64,000 nucleotides of DNA from Heptranchias perlo (lineage: Eukaryota). Of the stretch, positions 31,788-48,107 are shown piece by piece. The notes under the pieces are model-generated. The model was given only the letters and a program-made list of their open reading frames with translations. It made no database searches and was not told the DNA's origin. Location: the NCBI RefSeq assembly GCF_035084215.1, contig NC_090364.1, positions 4,526,001-4,590,000 of the forward strand, in the 5' to 3' direction. The first letter of the stretch is position 1. Every line of letters begins with the position of its first letter. A program made the position numbers and the translations under genes.

Positions 31788-33340
31788 ACTGACTGCAGGA
31801 ATAAAGCTTATTGGTCATCCTCCTGTATATAATGAGACCCATCATCCTGCAGCAGTAAGGACTTATGTGACTTTGTACAAAGCTGTGAGACCTGGGCTCT
31901 TAATGTGAAATGTAATAGTAACTGTCACCAACTGGAAATAAACTGCTTAACATTGAGCTGGATTTTGTTGTCATATTTCAAAAAAGTAAGAAACCACTTA
32001 ATTAACATTCTAGTTTACATCAAACTAAATTACACTGGGCTGTGGAACAACTTCATCATGGGATTCAGTCCTGTGTAAATTGTTTTTTAATGTGTGTGCA
32101 CCCCAATTTTGGGGTAATTCCAATCTATTGACTTGGATATTCAGGGCCACATGTTGAAGATCTAATTTCAATTGTGTTTGTGCATTGCAAACCAGCAGTG
32201 AAGAGCAATGCTACAATAAAAGTTCCTGTTACCACTGGAGATGTATATTCTCGTTGTGACAATAGCAACTCTGTTTAACCCCTCAGTCTAACAAAATATC
32301 AGCTGCTGTAACATTTTTTTTCCTTGTCTGAAACATGACTGAAGTGATTAGTGCTAAATAATTTCAGTCTGATGAACAATCCTATTTAAGGAAGGTCTCT
32401 GCCCTGGGATCAGCAGTCCAGGTATTTTTTTACATTAAGCAGCTATAGATCTCATTCAGTATTACTGTAGGATCCACGAGAGGTAGCTCACTAAGCCAAA
32501 CTCATCATTGCTGCTGTAGATGGTTGGGCAATCTGTGTGGCAAAGCAGTCTCTAACTACCATCCAGAACTGGTGGTGTGTGAGCTCTTGGAACTAAGGGG
32601 GTTGCAATTGGGTGAGGAGAAGGGGGAGGTGTTTGTAAAATCAACCAGAATTGGCACATTTGCTGACTATCCACTGACCTCTATGGGGAAAGTATGGATT
32701 CCCAGTGGGGAGAGGATTGGGCTTGGTTCTATAAACTCACTTTCCACTGCCACCACCCGCCCATGATTAAGCAATTGGGTAAGGTACTCAAGGGAGAGTA
32801 ATACGTGTGGGACTGTACTCCAGTGAAATGTAATCCTTGAAGCAAATAATATGAATGATAATTTGAGCAAAGTTAAATAGATATTCTGACAAACTCCCAC
32901 CATATCCCTCTTCTTACTACAATCAGCTCCTCTGAATATGTATTTAGTCCTATTGTATAATTCATACCAAATAACAATCCTCCTTTCCAAATCCTATTGG
33001 TTTTTCCATTTGTTTCCTTCACCCCTATGAATGGATTCAAATGTTGATGCTGCAGCTGTAATTATCCAGTGTTTGCAAGTGAAGTTTAGGAACTTAGTTG
33101 TGAACTGCACTGGGTGTGATGGAATTGCAGTCTTCAGTCATTCCACGTTAATGTCTTTGCAAATTCAAAGATGACTTGGTTGCGTTTAATTTTGTCTCAG
33201 CATCACAATTACTTACAAGTAATAAACTTGACCAGATTATGAAAAGCCACTTCAGTGAAAATATCAAATTAACAAATAGTTCAAAGTTGTGATTCTGAGA
33301 GATTGATACAAGGAGGCACTTTGAGGGAGGTCAAAAAGCA

Positions 33341-33927
33341 CCAAAGGTGACCATCCACAGGTCCAGGCTGGACGCGGCCTGTGGGGCGGTCGGTCCGACT
33401 CTGGTTCGTGGCATTCTCTGCGAACGGATGGCCCTGGAGAGGGAGCACGCGGTGTCTGCCGTTATGCTTGAGGCTTTCCGCGACCGGTGGGCACCGGAGG
33501 GATTGGAGTGCATCCTGGGTCGATACAATAAAATTATTATTTGACACTTATTTTTTGCTTATTGATTTGCTGCAAATTAAAACATTCGCTAACCCCACCC
33601 ACCCCCACCACTTCTTATAAAAGGGGGGCCGTAAACAAAGAAGAAGAAAAGAAAACTAGACGAACATCACTAATAAAAAATCAACCAAGAGAAAAAAAAC
33701 TTTCAATCCTATTCGTGTTTGGACAATTAGTTCCAAACGGGAAAGTTTATCTGGAGTTTGGAGCCCGTGTGGGGATTCGAGTGATCCATGGCCACAGAGC
33801 ACCGAGGGAATGATTGGACCGTCAACCAGCCGACACCAGTACCTCAGGACAGTCCCACCGTCCCTTCAGAGCTCACTGACCTGCACAAAAAAAGTGCCCC
33901 ATCTATGAATTATTGTAGTAAAAAAAT
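33341..33927 (+). mobile_element. Old Tx1 3'-end remnant plus extra segment in copy-6 promoter
   Basis: ...ALEREHAVSAVMLEAFRDRWAPEGLECILGRYNKIII*; paralogous to 23008-23582; flanked by CAAAAAGCA. Confidence 0.88.
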
Positions 33928-34221
33928 ACCCAAAAAGCAGTGATATCACCGAGACCAATCATCCAAACCGGCCTGTATTCCAAAGCTCTGATTGGCTCTG
34001 GGTATCAATCCCTCCTCCACCACGCCCCTCTCCTTTGTTAATTGGTGCTTGGATTCATGGACGATTCCTGAGTGGTTATCAGGGAATGTCAATCATCATT
34101 GGTGATGTCATTCCTTGCTTCAATGCTGGCTGTCCCAGTAGTATAAATACAAGAGCTTGTGAGGGAAGAGGGGAGTTGTAGAATTGATCAGGTGATAGTG
34201 AAAACATAAGATATTGTAAAG

Positions 34222-36117
<1,896 letters not shown>

Positions 36118-37757
36118 ACTGACTGCAGGGATAAAGCTTATTAGTGCTCCTGTTCATGTCATCTTGAAACTCTCCCATCCTGTAGCAGTCATGACTTGTG
36201 TGGCTTTGTACAAAGAACTGAGACCTGGTCTCTTGTGAAATGTAATAGGAACTGTCAATAAATTGTTGAACTGGATTTTGTTGTCTCAAATTGAGTGGTT
36301 GCTGATTTTTCACTAAATCTAATTTAGTTTACATCTAACAATTACATTGGGCAGTGTAAGAGTCAGTCCATTGAAAATCTAACCCCCCCCCCCCCCCCCC
36401 ATTCCTGTAGTAATTCCAATTTATTGACTTGGATGTTCAGGGTCATATGTTGAAGATCTAATTTCAATTCTGTGTTTACCTTGAATGTTCATAGCACATT
36501 CCAATCTTTGGTTTTAATGCAAGTTACTGTTGCCACTGAATATTCTCTTTCCAAAGTGGCATCTTCCTTTTTAAACATCCCCACCCCAGGACAAGATATC
36601 AACTACTGTAACATTGTGTTAAAATATCAGGATAATGAGCTGGTGTTAAACCAGATCAGTCCACTGAACAATCCCATTTTAAACAAGACTTTTGCCCTGC
36701 GATAAGAAGTCCAGGTATTAAAGTGAGTTGCTGCAGATCTCTGTTATTGCTGTGGGATACACTGGACGTAGCTCAAGAAACCAAACTCATCATTGCTGCT
36801 GTGGACTTTCTAGTAAGTTTAGTGGTCAAACAAGTACAGACCAGTAATGTGAACTCAGAGTACTTGGAGGAGGGAGGAAACTAACATTGGCACATTTGCT
36901 TCGTATCCACTGGCTTCTTAGGGGACAGTATAGATTTGGTGGGGGAGAAGTTATGGCTTGATTAAAAACTTTTTTTTTTGCCCTATGTGTGCACCCACCG
37001 TCCAAGTAAAGAACCTGCAACACTCACTGTTGATCTCATGAGAAGCAATTGAGTAAGGTCCTCATGGGAGAGTAATATCTGTGCAACTGAAATCCTTCAG
37101 GAAGGAGTAAATATATTTCATTGTTTAAATTTGCTTTTTGATTTCAAGTTAAATAGATATTTCTCCTGCCAAATCCTTCCACATCCCTGTCCCATCAATT
37201 CATAAACCCAATGCAATCAGCTCCTCCCTTAAATGTATCAATTTGTATTTGGTCCTATTGTGCATTTCATACCAAATAGTAATCATCCTTTCCAAATCCT
37301 ATTGGTTCTCCATTTGTCTCGTTCAACCCTATGAATGGATCAAATGTTGATGCTGTATCTGTAATTATCCAGTGTTTACAAGTGAAGTTTAGGAACTTAG
37401 TTGTGAACTGCACTGGGTGTGATGGAATTGCAGTCTTCAGTCATTCCACGTTAATGTCTTTGCTTCTCTCAAGCACTTTTGGGGGATCAATTTCACCACA
37501 TTTCATACGTTGCTGAGCCACAATTGTACGAGTCGGTTGGATTTGCTGATGGCTTTGACGGCTTCATATTTCGAGCAAAAAGTATTCAGCTCACTCGATG
37601 TGCTGAACCTGGATGAGGATCAACTGCAAACATTCCCCACACGGAGGTCACAACTGGGCTAATGGGGGTTAACTGTTTACACCTCAAATGAAAAACAGGC
37701 CAATGTTCAGCTCACTCTGTGCTGATCCGTTCCCCACAATCTGATTACAATGAAGCA

Positions 37758-38139
37758 CGGCCAATAAGTACTTTTGAAATGTACTCACTGTTGTAATGTA
37801 GGAAACGCAGCAACCAATAAGGCCACAGCAAGATCCCACAAACAGCATGAAATGATGATTAGATAATCTGTTTTAATTACATTGGTTGAGGGATAAATAT
37901 TTGCAGAGACACCAGGGAGAACTCCCCTTCTCTCACTCAAATTAGTGCCATGGGATCTTTTACATCCTAAGTGAGCAGACGGGGCCTCGGTTTAATGTCT
38001 CATCCGACTGTACAGCACTCACTGGGTGCTGTGGTGAAGTATCAGCCTGGACTTTGTGCTCAAGTCCCTAGAGTGGGACTTGAACCCACAACCTTCTGAC
38101 TCTGAGGTGAGAGTGCTGCCACTGAGCCACAGCTGACAC
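37758..38139 (-). mobile_element. DeuSINE/SacSINE1-like SINE
   Basis: A/B boxes and Deu-like core as at 12515-12872. Confidence 0.75.
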
Positions 38140-38590
38140 AAATGGGGATGTTTGTGTGGGTGACATTGCATTCAGTAATCTTCACTCCCTCTCATTCTCG
38201 CTGAATATCCTGAATTTTACCAAACAACATTTCATGAGAATTAAAACCAAAACAATGACACATCCCACAATGCTTTGCCCAGTTGATGCCCCCATGCTGC
38301 CAATCCTCAGACACACCCATTCTCTATATTAGAACTGGGGACGATTCACACCATCCATGGGATGGAATTTCCATTTCTCTGTCCAATGGCTGGTTTACAA
38401 ATTCACTCAAGACTACTTGATTGCGTTGAATATTGTCTCAGTGTCACAATTACTTACAAGTAATAAACTTGGCCAGATTATGAAAAGCAACTTCAGTGAA
38501 AATATTAAATTATCAAATAATTCAAAGTTGTGATTCTGAAAGATTTATACAAAGAGGCACTTTTAAGAAGGTCAAAGAACCCAAAAAGCA

Positions 38591-38935
38591 TCAAAGGTGA
38601 CCATCCACAGGTCCTGGCTGGATGCGGCCCGTGGGGGCGGTCGCTCCGACTCTCTGCCTCGCTCCGCAGCATTCTCTGCGCCCGGGTGGCCCTGGAGAGG
38701 GAGCACACGGTGTCTGCTGGTAAACTTGAGGCTTTCCGAGACCGGTGGGAGGCGCAGAGCTCGGAGTACGTCCTCGACTCCGACAATAAAGTTATGATTT
38801 GATTCTGGTTTTGTTGGATTTCGTATTAAAGAAATGAAGGTGACAAAAATACAGGTGACACTGGGTCTAAAGACAGCAACACAAGTGTCCCATCTTAGAA
38901 TTATTTTAGTCAAACAGAAGAAAAGAGGGAAAAAC
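38591..38935 (+). mobile_element. Old Tx1 3'-end remnant in copy-7 promoter
   Basis: Near-identical to 13324-13669; TSD AACCCAAAAAGCA / AACCCATAAAGCA. Confidence 0.9.
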
Positions 38936-39234
38936 AACCCATAAAGCAGTGACATCACCGAGACCAATCACCCAAACCAGCCTGTATTCCACAGCTCTGA
39001 TTGGCTCTGGGTATCAACCCCTCCCCCACACCCCTTCTCCTTTGTTAATTGGTGCCTGGATTTATGGAAGATTCCTGATTGGCTATCAGGGATTGTCAAT
39101 CATCATTGGTGATGTCATTCCTTGCTCAAATGGAGGCTGTCCCAGTAGTATAAATACAAGAGCTTGGGCAGGTAGAGGTTAGTTCTAGAAGTTTTTGAGC
39201 AATAGTTGAAAGTGATATTATTGAATTGGTGATG

Positions 39235-41446
<2,212 letters not shown>

Positions 41447-43294
41447 ACTGACTGCAGGAATAAAGCTTATTGTGTACAGTAGTCCAGTTTATATAGTCTG
41501 GTGCATGATGATTTGTGTGACTCTGGAGAGAGCTCTGAGACCTGGGCTGTTGATTTGGAATATGATAGAAACTGTAAATAAACTGTGTTTAACATTGGAC
41601 TGGGTTTGGTCTCCTTTTTTTAAATTTTAAGCTGCTTATTTTTCAGTAAGAAGAACTACATTGGGCTGTTAGACACTGAACCATGTAATGAGATATTAGG
41701 ACAGGTGAGCACAAGGTAGTTTTTAAGAAGTATATTCAAGGAGAGGGAGGAAATGCTGAAGCTTAGGATTGAGGCAGCTGCATACGAGTAACTGTTTCAC
41801 CATTAGTGAATATCCCCTCTCCCATGTGTGTAACTTTTTTTCTTAAAACACAAGGCCAGTTATCCAGTGAATTAGTATTGCACCATTTCAATTAATGAAC
41901 ATCCTGTAAGAATGGTATCAGCCCTGGGAATAGCAGTTCAGGGTTTTTTTTAAAAAGTAAGGTGCTATGGCTCTTCAGTTATTTTGGGGTAGCTCACGAA
42001 ACCAAACTGATCACGCTGCTCTAGACTTTCCGAAGGATTGTGAGCAAAGCAGCACATGATGGCTCTGAAGTACCAGCACTAAGTTCATAGTGTGAGCTCA
42101 CAGAACTGAAGTGGACTTCAATTGGGTGAGAGGGAAATCAACAACTATTGGCCTCTTGATGGGAATGTGAGGATATTTATTTTTCTGGGCCCCTCCTCTG
42201 CCAAAGGAGACTTTTCATCATCTCTGTAATCGCCAATCCTCCCAATTTAAGATCCTCCATGAACAAGAAATTGGGTGAGGTACTGGAGGCAGAATAATCC
42301 CTGTGGAACTGAACTTGAGCAAAACAACTTTCTGGAAAAAGCAAATATATTTTGTAAAACTCACATCTTAAAATGCCAAGTTCACTATGACTAATTCTTT
42401 CGGGGGGGAAATTTTCCACTGTTCCATTCATTCACAAATCCTATACAATCAGCTCCACCATGAATTTATCAATTTGCCTTTAGTCCCATTGTGTATTGGA
42501 TTCCAGATAGTGACCATCCTTTTGCAATTCTGTTCGTTCTCCATTTGTCTCCTTCACTCCTATGAATGGATCAAATGTTGATGCTGCAGCTGTAATTATC
42601 CAGTGTTTACAAGTGAAGTTGTGAACTGCACTGGGTGTGATGGAATTGCAGTCTTCAGTCATTCCACGTTAATGTCTTTGCTTCTCTCAAGCACTTTTTG
42701 GGATCAATTTCATTACATTTCATACGTTGCTGAGCCACGATTGTTCGAGTGGGTGTGGATTTGTTGACGGGTTTGATGACTTCATATTTCAGACAAAAAG
42801 TCTTCAGCTCACTCTGTGCTGAATCTGGATGTGGATCAGCTGCAAACATTCCCCACACTGAGGTCACAACTGGGCTAATGGGGGTTAACTGTTTACACCT
42901 CAAAGCAAAATAAGGTCAATGTTCACCTCACTCTGTGCTGATACATTTCCTACAGTCTGATTACAATGAAGAATAGCTCTGGTAGCAACTCCCCTGGTGA
43001 TGGGCTAGAAAATACACATTTGTTCTTATGGAAGAGAAGTTTCTGTGTTTACATTTGAAGGAATTGTTTGATGCGGGAAACAGTTTATTCCAAGGGAACA
43101 TATCTCATCACCTAATCCAGGACTGAAAACCTCAACCATTTTGCAATGAAACCAGATGTCAAGACTTTGGATCTCAGAGAAACACCAGTGTGATGAGCCA
43201 GACTGTCAGACAATGTCTGAGTCTCATCATTTCAATCAGATTCAAATATTGGAAGCTGATCATAAAAGGACTCACCGAACATGCTGGAGGGAAT

Positions 43295-43724
43295 AGAAAG
43301 AAGGAACTTGCATTTATATCGCGTTTTAATGACCTCAGGACATCCCAAAGCGCCTACAGCCAATGAAGTACTTTTGAAATGTCGTCGCTGTTGTAATTAG
43401 GGAAACACAGGAGCCAATTTGCCCACAACATGGTCCCACAAACAGCAATGTGATAATGACAAGATAATCTGTTTTAATTATGTAGGTTGAGGGATAAATA
43501 TTAGCAAGGACACCACAAAGCACTGCTCTTCTCTTACTCAAATTAGTGCCATGGGATCTTTTATATCCACCAACGTGAGCAGACAGGGCCTCAGTTCAAT
43601 GTCTCCCTTGGTGTTGCAGTGAGGTATCAGTCTAGACTTTGTGCTCAAGTCCCTGGAGTGGGACTTGAACCCACAACCTTCTGACTCTGAGGTGAGAGTG
43701 CTGCCACTGAGTCACAGCTGACAC
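43295..43724 (-). mobile_element. DeuSINE/SacSINE1-like SINE, most complete copy (retains 3' tail)
   Basis: A/B boxes, core, and a tail (...GCGCTTTGGGATGTCCTGAGG...ATATAAATGCAAGTTCC) missing from the other copies. Confidence 0.75.
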
Positions 43725-44461
43725 AAATGGAGATGTTTGTGTGGGTGACATTGCATTCAGTAATCTTCACTCCCTCTCATTCTCGCTGAATATCCTGAAT
43801 TTTACCAAACAACATTTCATGAGAATCAAAACTAAAAATGACACATCCCACAATGCTTTGCCCAGTTGATGCCCCCATGCTGCCAATCCTCAGACACACC
43901 CATTCTCTATATTAGAACTGGGGACGATTCACACCATCCATGGGATGGAATTTCCATTTCTCTGTCCAATGGTTGGTTTGCAAATTCACTCAAGACTACT
44001 TGTTTCCTCTGAATATTGTCTCAGCGTCACAATTACTAACAAGTAATAAACTTGACCAGATTAAGAAAAGCCACTCTGGTGAAAATAGCAAATTATTATC
44101 AAATAATTCAAAGTTGCCATTTCGAGAGATTGAAACAAAGAGAAACTTTCAGATTTGAGGAAATTCAAAGACCCCAAAAGCAGTGACATCACCGAGACTG
44201 ATTATCCAAATTGGCCTGTATTCCAAACCTCTGATTGGCTCTGGGTATCAATCCCTCCCCACACTGCCTCTCCTTTGTTAATTGGTTAAATGGACGATTC
44301 CTGATTGGCTATCGGGGATTGTCAATCATCATTGGTGATGTCATTGCTTACCAAAATGCAGGCTGTCCCAGTAGTATAAATACAAAGAGCTTGGGCAGGT
44401 TAAGTTTAGTTCTAGAAGTTTTTGAGCAATAGTTGAAAGTGATATTATTGAATTGGTGATG

Positions 44462-45417
44462 ATGGCATCCCAAGTGTGTCAGAATTACCACAAGGAGTGT
44501 GAGGATGGTGTCAACAAGCAGATCAATATGAAGCTCTATTCCTCCTATGTTTACCTCTCCATGGTAAGTCTTTTATTAATTGCCACTGCATTCTCAGGAG
44601 TTGGAATTTCTCCAGTTCAATAAACTGGCTTTAGAGTATGTTTCTCTTGATTTCTTTCCACCTCCCTTGGAAGGCAAAGCTTTGGCCAGTGAGTACTTCC
44701 AGTGTGTAATACAGGGTGATCTTGTTGAGTTAATGGACTGCTCCTTGCAGTAGTTGCACTCCATTGTGGGGTTTAATATACTCCTGGCTCAGCTGCTGCC
44801 TGAGTTTGTAACAAATGCAGAAACCTGGTCAAGTGCTTGTCAGCATTTGTCCAATTTCAGTTTCAATGGGGTGACTGCAGCCAGTGAAATGTTGACAGGT
44901 CCTCACTAGTTTTCTTGCCTTGAGACTCCTAGTGATGAAGCTTTCTTTACTGAGCCTAGATCTCTATTACACTAAATGATTGTACAGTGTAAAACTACTG
45001 GAATGGAGTAATGGTCCCTTGTTCCTCTCCTAATTTTAGATTAGAATGGAGAGTAAATGTAGTACTAGCTCAGAAGTGAAGTTTGAGATGAAATGTAATC
45101 CCTGACCTTAATTGCTATTTCTCTCTGACCATTCATTATCCTATTGGGGAGGGGGAAGCTATTGAACATCTTGTGAAGTAAATTGAATTTCACTAGTAAA
45201 CAAATGGTATCTAATTTCTAAAACTTTGAGCACTAATTGTATGTAGGTGAGATCTCTGTCTGACATGATGCTGTTTTCAATATTCTCTCCACAGTCCTGT
45301 TACTTTGACCGGGATGATGTTGCCCTGCGTCACTTTACCAAGTTTTTCAAGGAGCAGTCTCATGAGAACTGGGAGCACGCTGAGAAACTGCTGAAATTCC
45401 AGAATCGACGTGGTGGC
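44462..45417 (+). pseudogene. Truncated ferritin copy 8 (exon 1 and most of exon 2 only)
   Basis: Exon 1 44462-44563 (MKLY, E27K). Exon 2 from 45295 (SHENWEH) breaks off after ...NRRGG at 45417. Exons 3-4 are absent before copy 9. Confidence 0.92.
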
Positions 45418-45607
45418 TGTATTTTTTTTCTACATTGTGAATCTGGGTATAACTGACTGTTTCTGGACCCACCAAGATTCCCATCAATTGTCCAAGAGAT
45501 GGGATAACTTAGAACCGATTGTGCTCGACACTATCTGCGGGATGGGATTTCCATTTGTAAACTCATCGATCTCTGATATGTTGTGAAGCTCTGATTCTGG
45601 GAACAGA

Positions 45608-47854
45608 TTTTTTTTTGTGATTTTTAGGCCCCCCTTTTATAAGATGGGGTTGTGTAGGGTGTGCTTAAATACTAGAAAACCAATTAATCCACAACCAAGT
45701 TTCAAATTAAAATTTTATTCTCCTCGTCCAGGATGCACTCCAGCCCCTGTGGTGCCCACCGGTCGCGGAAAGCCTCGAGCGTACCGGCAGACACCGCGTG
45801 CTCCATCTCCAGGGCCACCCGGGCGCGGCGCATTCGAGCAGGTCCTGGGAGAGGTCGAGCCGAGGGCAGACTAATTCGGCCGCAACGGCCTCGCCCACCA
45901 AGGACGCCCGACCCGGTGAAAGGGATACTGGCGTCAGTACACGGATCTGCGACCCCGCCCCCCATCAGCAGGGTCTCCCCATCCCCCCCGAGAGGCACGG
46001 GCTCGGTCTCCTCCCCCAGAGAGGCGGACGTCCCCCGCCGCTGGTTAGAAATAATGGGCGGGGCCGCAGGATCCATGGCTGGCGCCACCTCCCCTTCCAC
46101 GGTGGGCCGTCCCTTAGCAGGGACCCCCCTCCGCTTCCAGGGAGTGGGGCCTTTCCTTCCCGGAGGGTCGCGGAGGGAGGGGGAGCTCCATGTCTGCTGG
46201 GGCCCCCACCTCCGCTCCCTCCTGATCACCCGCCAACCCGGGCTCTGTCGTGACCGCGAGATGTTGACTGGCCGCGGTCACGGCCTCGGGCTGACTGAGA
46301 TCTTCTTCGTCCCGGGGACCAGCCTCTAAGTTCTTCCTCTTCCTCTGCGCCTTTCTCTGGCGAGGGTTCCCCTCCTCTTTCCCCCCCCCCCCCCCCCCCC
46401 CCCGGCGGAGGCCTCGACGCCAACCTCCACCCGCGCAGTTGACTCTCCCGACGTGGGGGCGGGGTTGGGGGGGGAGGAGCGGTGGAGGCGCCAGCCCCGG
46501 CCGCCGTAGCTGTTTTGGCGGCCTGAGAGGCAGGGCAGTTCCTCTTCAGGTGCCCCACCTCCTTACAGGCATGGCACCGCCCACCCTCTGCCGTCCAAAA
46601 GACGCGGTAAGGGGTCCCCTCGTGGAGGGCGTTAAAGCCCCCCTCCGTAACCTCCTCCCGTGCCAGCTTGACTAATGCCTGGCGACGGAAGGAGTAAACA
46701 TGCCGGAGGCTGTTCTCCGAGTCCGAGCGGCAGCGGCGTTACCCCCGACCTCACCTCCCCCAGTTGACGTAGGTGGGGGAGGAGGAGCTCGTCCGACAGG
46801 AAGGGCGGGACGTTGGATAAAATGACCCGCTGCGCGGTGGCCTCCAGCGGGTCCACCGGCAGGAAGGTCCCGCCCACCGTGAGCCCCTTACTAAGGGCCA
46901 GGGACACCGCCCGCTCGGACCTCAGGAAGAACACCGCCCTCCCGTACATTTTTGAGGCCGCGACGATGGCCGAGGGGCCGACAACCTCGGCCATGGCCTT
47001 AACGCAGGCCTCAATGGTCATGTTGGGGTGGGCGTAGCTCTTCACCCCATGCTTCCTCGTAATGAGGCGGAAAGGCGCCGGCCCAGCAGGAGCGGCACGA
47101 ACTGTAGGAGCGGCCCCCGAGGTAACCGCCGAATACGTCCTGCTGGGTCCCGGCACCGGCGAAGATGGTGAAGCCATGACTTTAAGAGCCACACCCACCC
47201 CAAGTCTCAGGCCTTCGGATGGAAATTGGCCTGTTTTGAAAAGAATCCTTGAGGAAACCTCTCTCCCCGAATCCCAGTGCTTGGTTGGGAGAGGGGCCCC
47301 TTTGTTGGTTTTTAAATTTTCCCCAAGAACACCCTGGAGAGCAAGGGAATATCCTGGAGAGCAAGAGAAGGAAGGAAGGAAGGAGGGATGGATGGCAGAA
47401 TGGGAAGGAGGGAGTCTGCAGGGGTAGGCTGCTGTGGAAGAGGGGCGGGGTTGCACCTTAAAAGGTGGATCTTCTTCTGGTGGGCAGGAGGAGGAGATGT
47501 CATCCCCGAGACAGCTGGAGCTGCCGAGGCTCAGTCCTCCAAAGATTTGAAAAAGAAAGAAAGTAACTTCACCCAGGCAGCTCCAGCTGTCCTGGGCCAG
47601 ACACTTGGGGGGGACCCCTGTCCTCTAGTCTTCTTCCTCCCCCTACCTTCAGCCGACACACCTCACTGCACCGACCACCTCTTCCTCCCACTGGTTGGTG
47701 CTCTTTTTCTCCTTCTCCCTCCCTCCTTGTTGATGGTGGTTTCTCCTTCTTTCTCCTTCTCCCCAAGGGACCCAGGCAAGGGCCTGCTCTCTCTGCTCTC
47801 CACTCCACTCAGTGGCAGTCCAGCCACAAACACCTCCAAGGCCGAGCTGGTCTG
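45608..47854 (-). mobile_element. Internally deleted, non-autonomous Tx1 copy C
   Basis: Poly(T), 3' UTR and the last ~44 ORF2 codons joined at ~45834 to mid-ORF1. ORF1 frameshift at ~46718. Intact 5' UTR. Confidence 0.92.
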
Positions 47855-48107
47855 AACAAAGACACTTTCAGATTGGAGGGAGGATTTTTTTCTCTTTTTT
47901 TTTCTCTTTGGATGTTGTCAGAGTCCGTGGCCCACGGACTCTGCCTCAGGCTGATTGGGACAGACAATTAGTGCCAGTTAACAGCACTGCGATAAAGAGA
48001 GGAGTCGGTTCTCCATTTTTCTTTTTTTTTCCAAATTAGGCCCCCCTTTTATAAGAAGGGGGGTGTGGGGTGTGCTTAAATACTAAAACCAAACCAAAAC
48101 CAAGTGT

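Noticed and set aside
43188-43232. TGATGA...CTGA, possible C/D snoRNA in a segment unique to the copy-7 spacer
   Set aside because: Boxes are too close together, the site is not intronic, and no guide sequence is evident.
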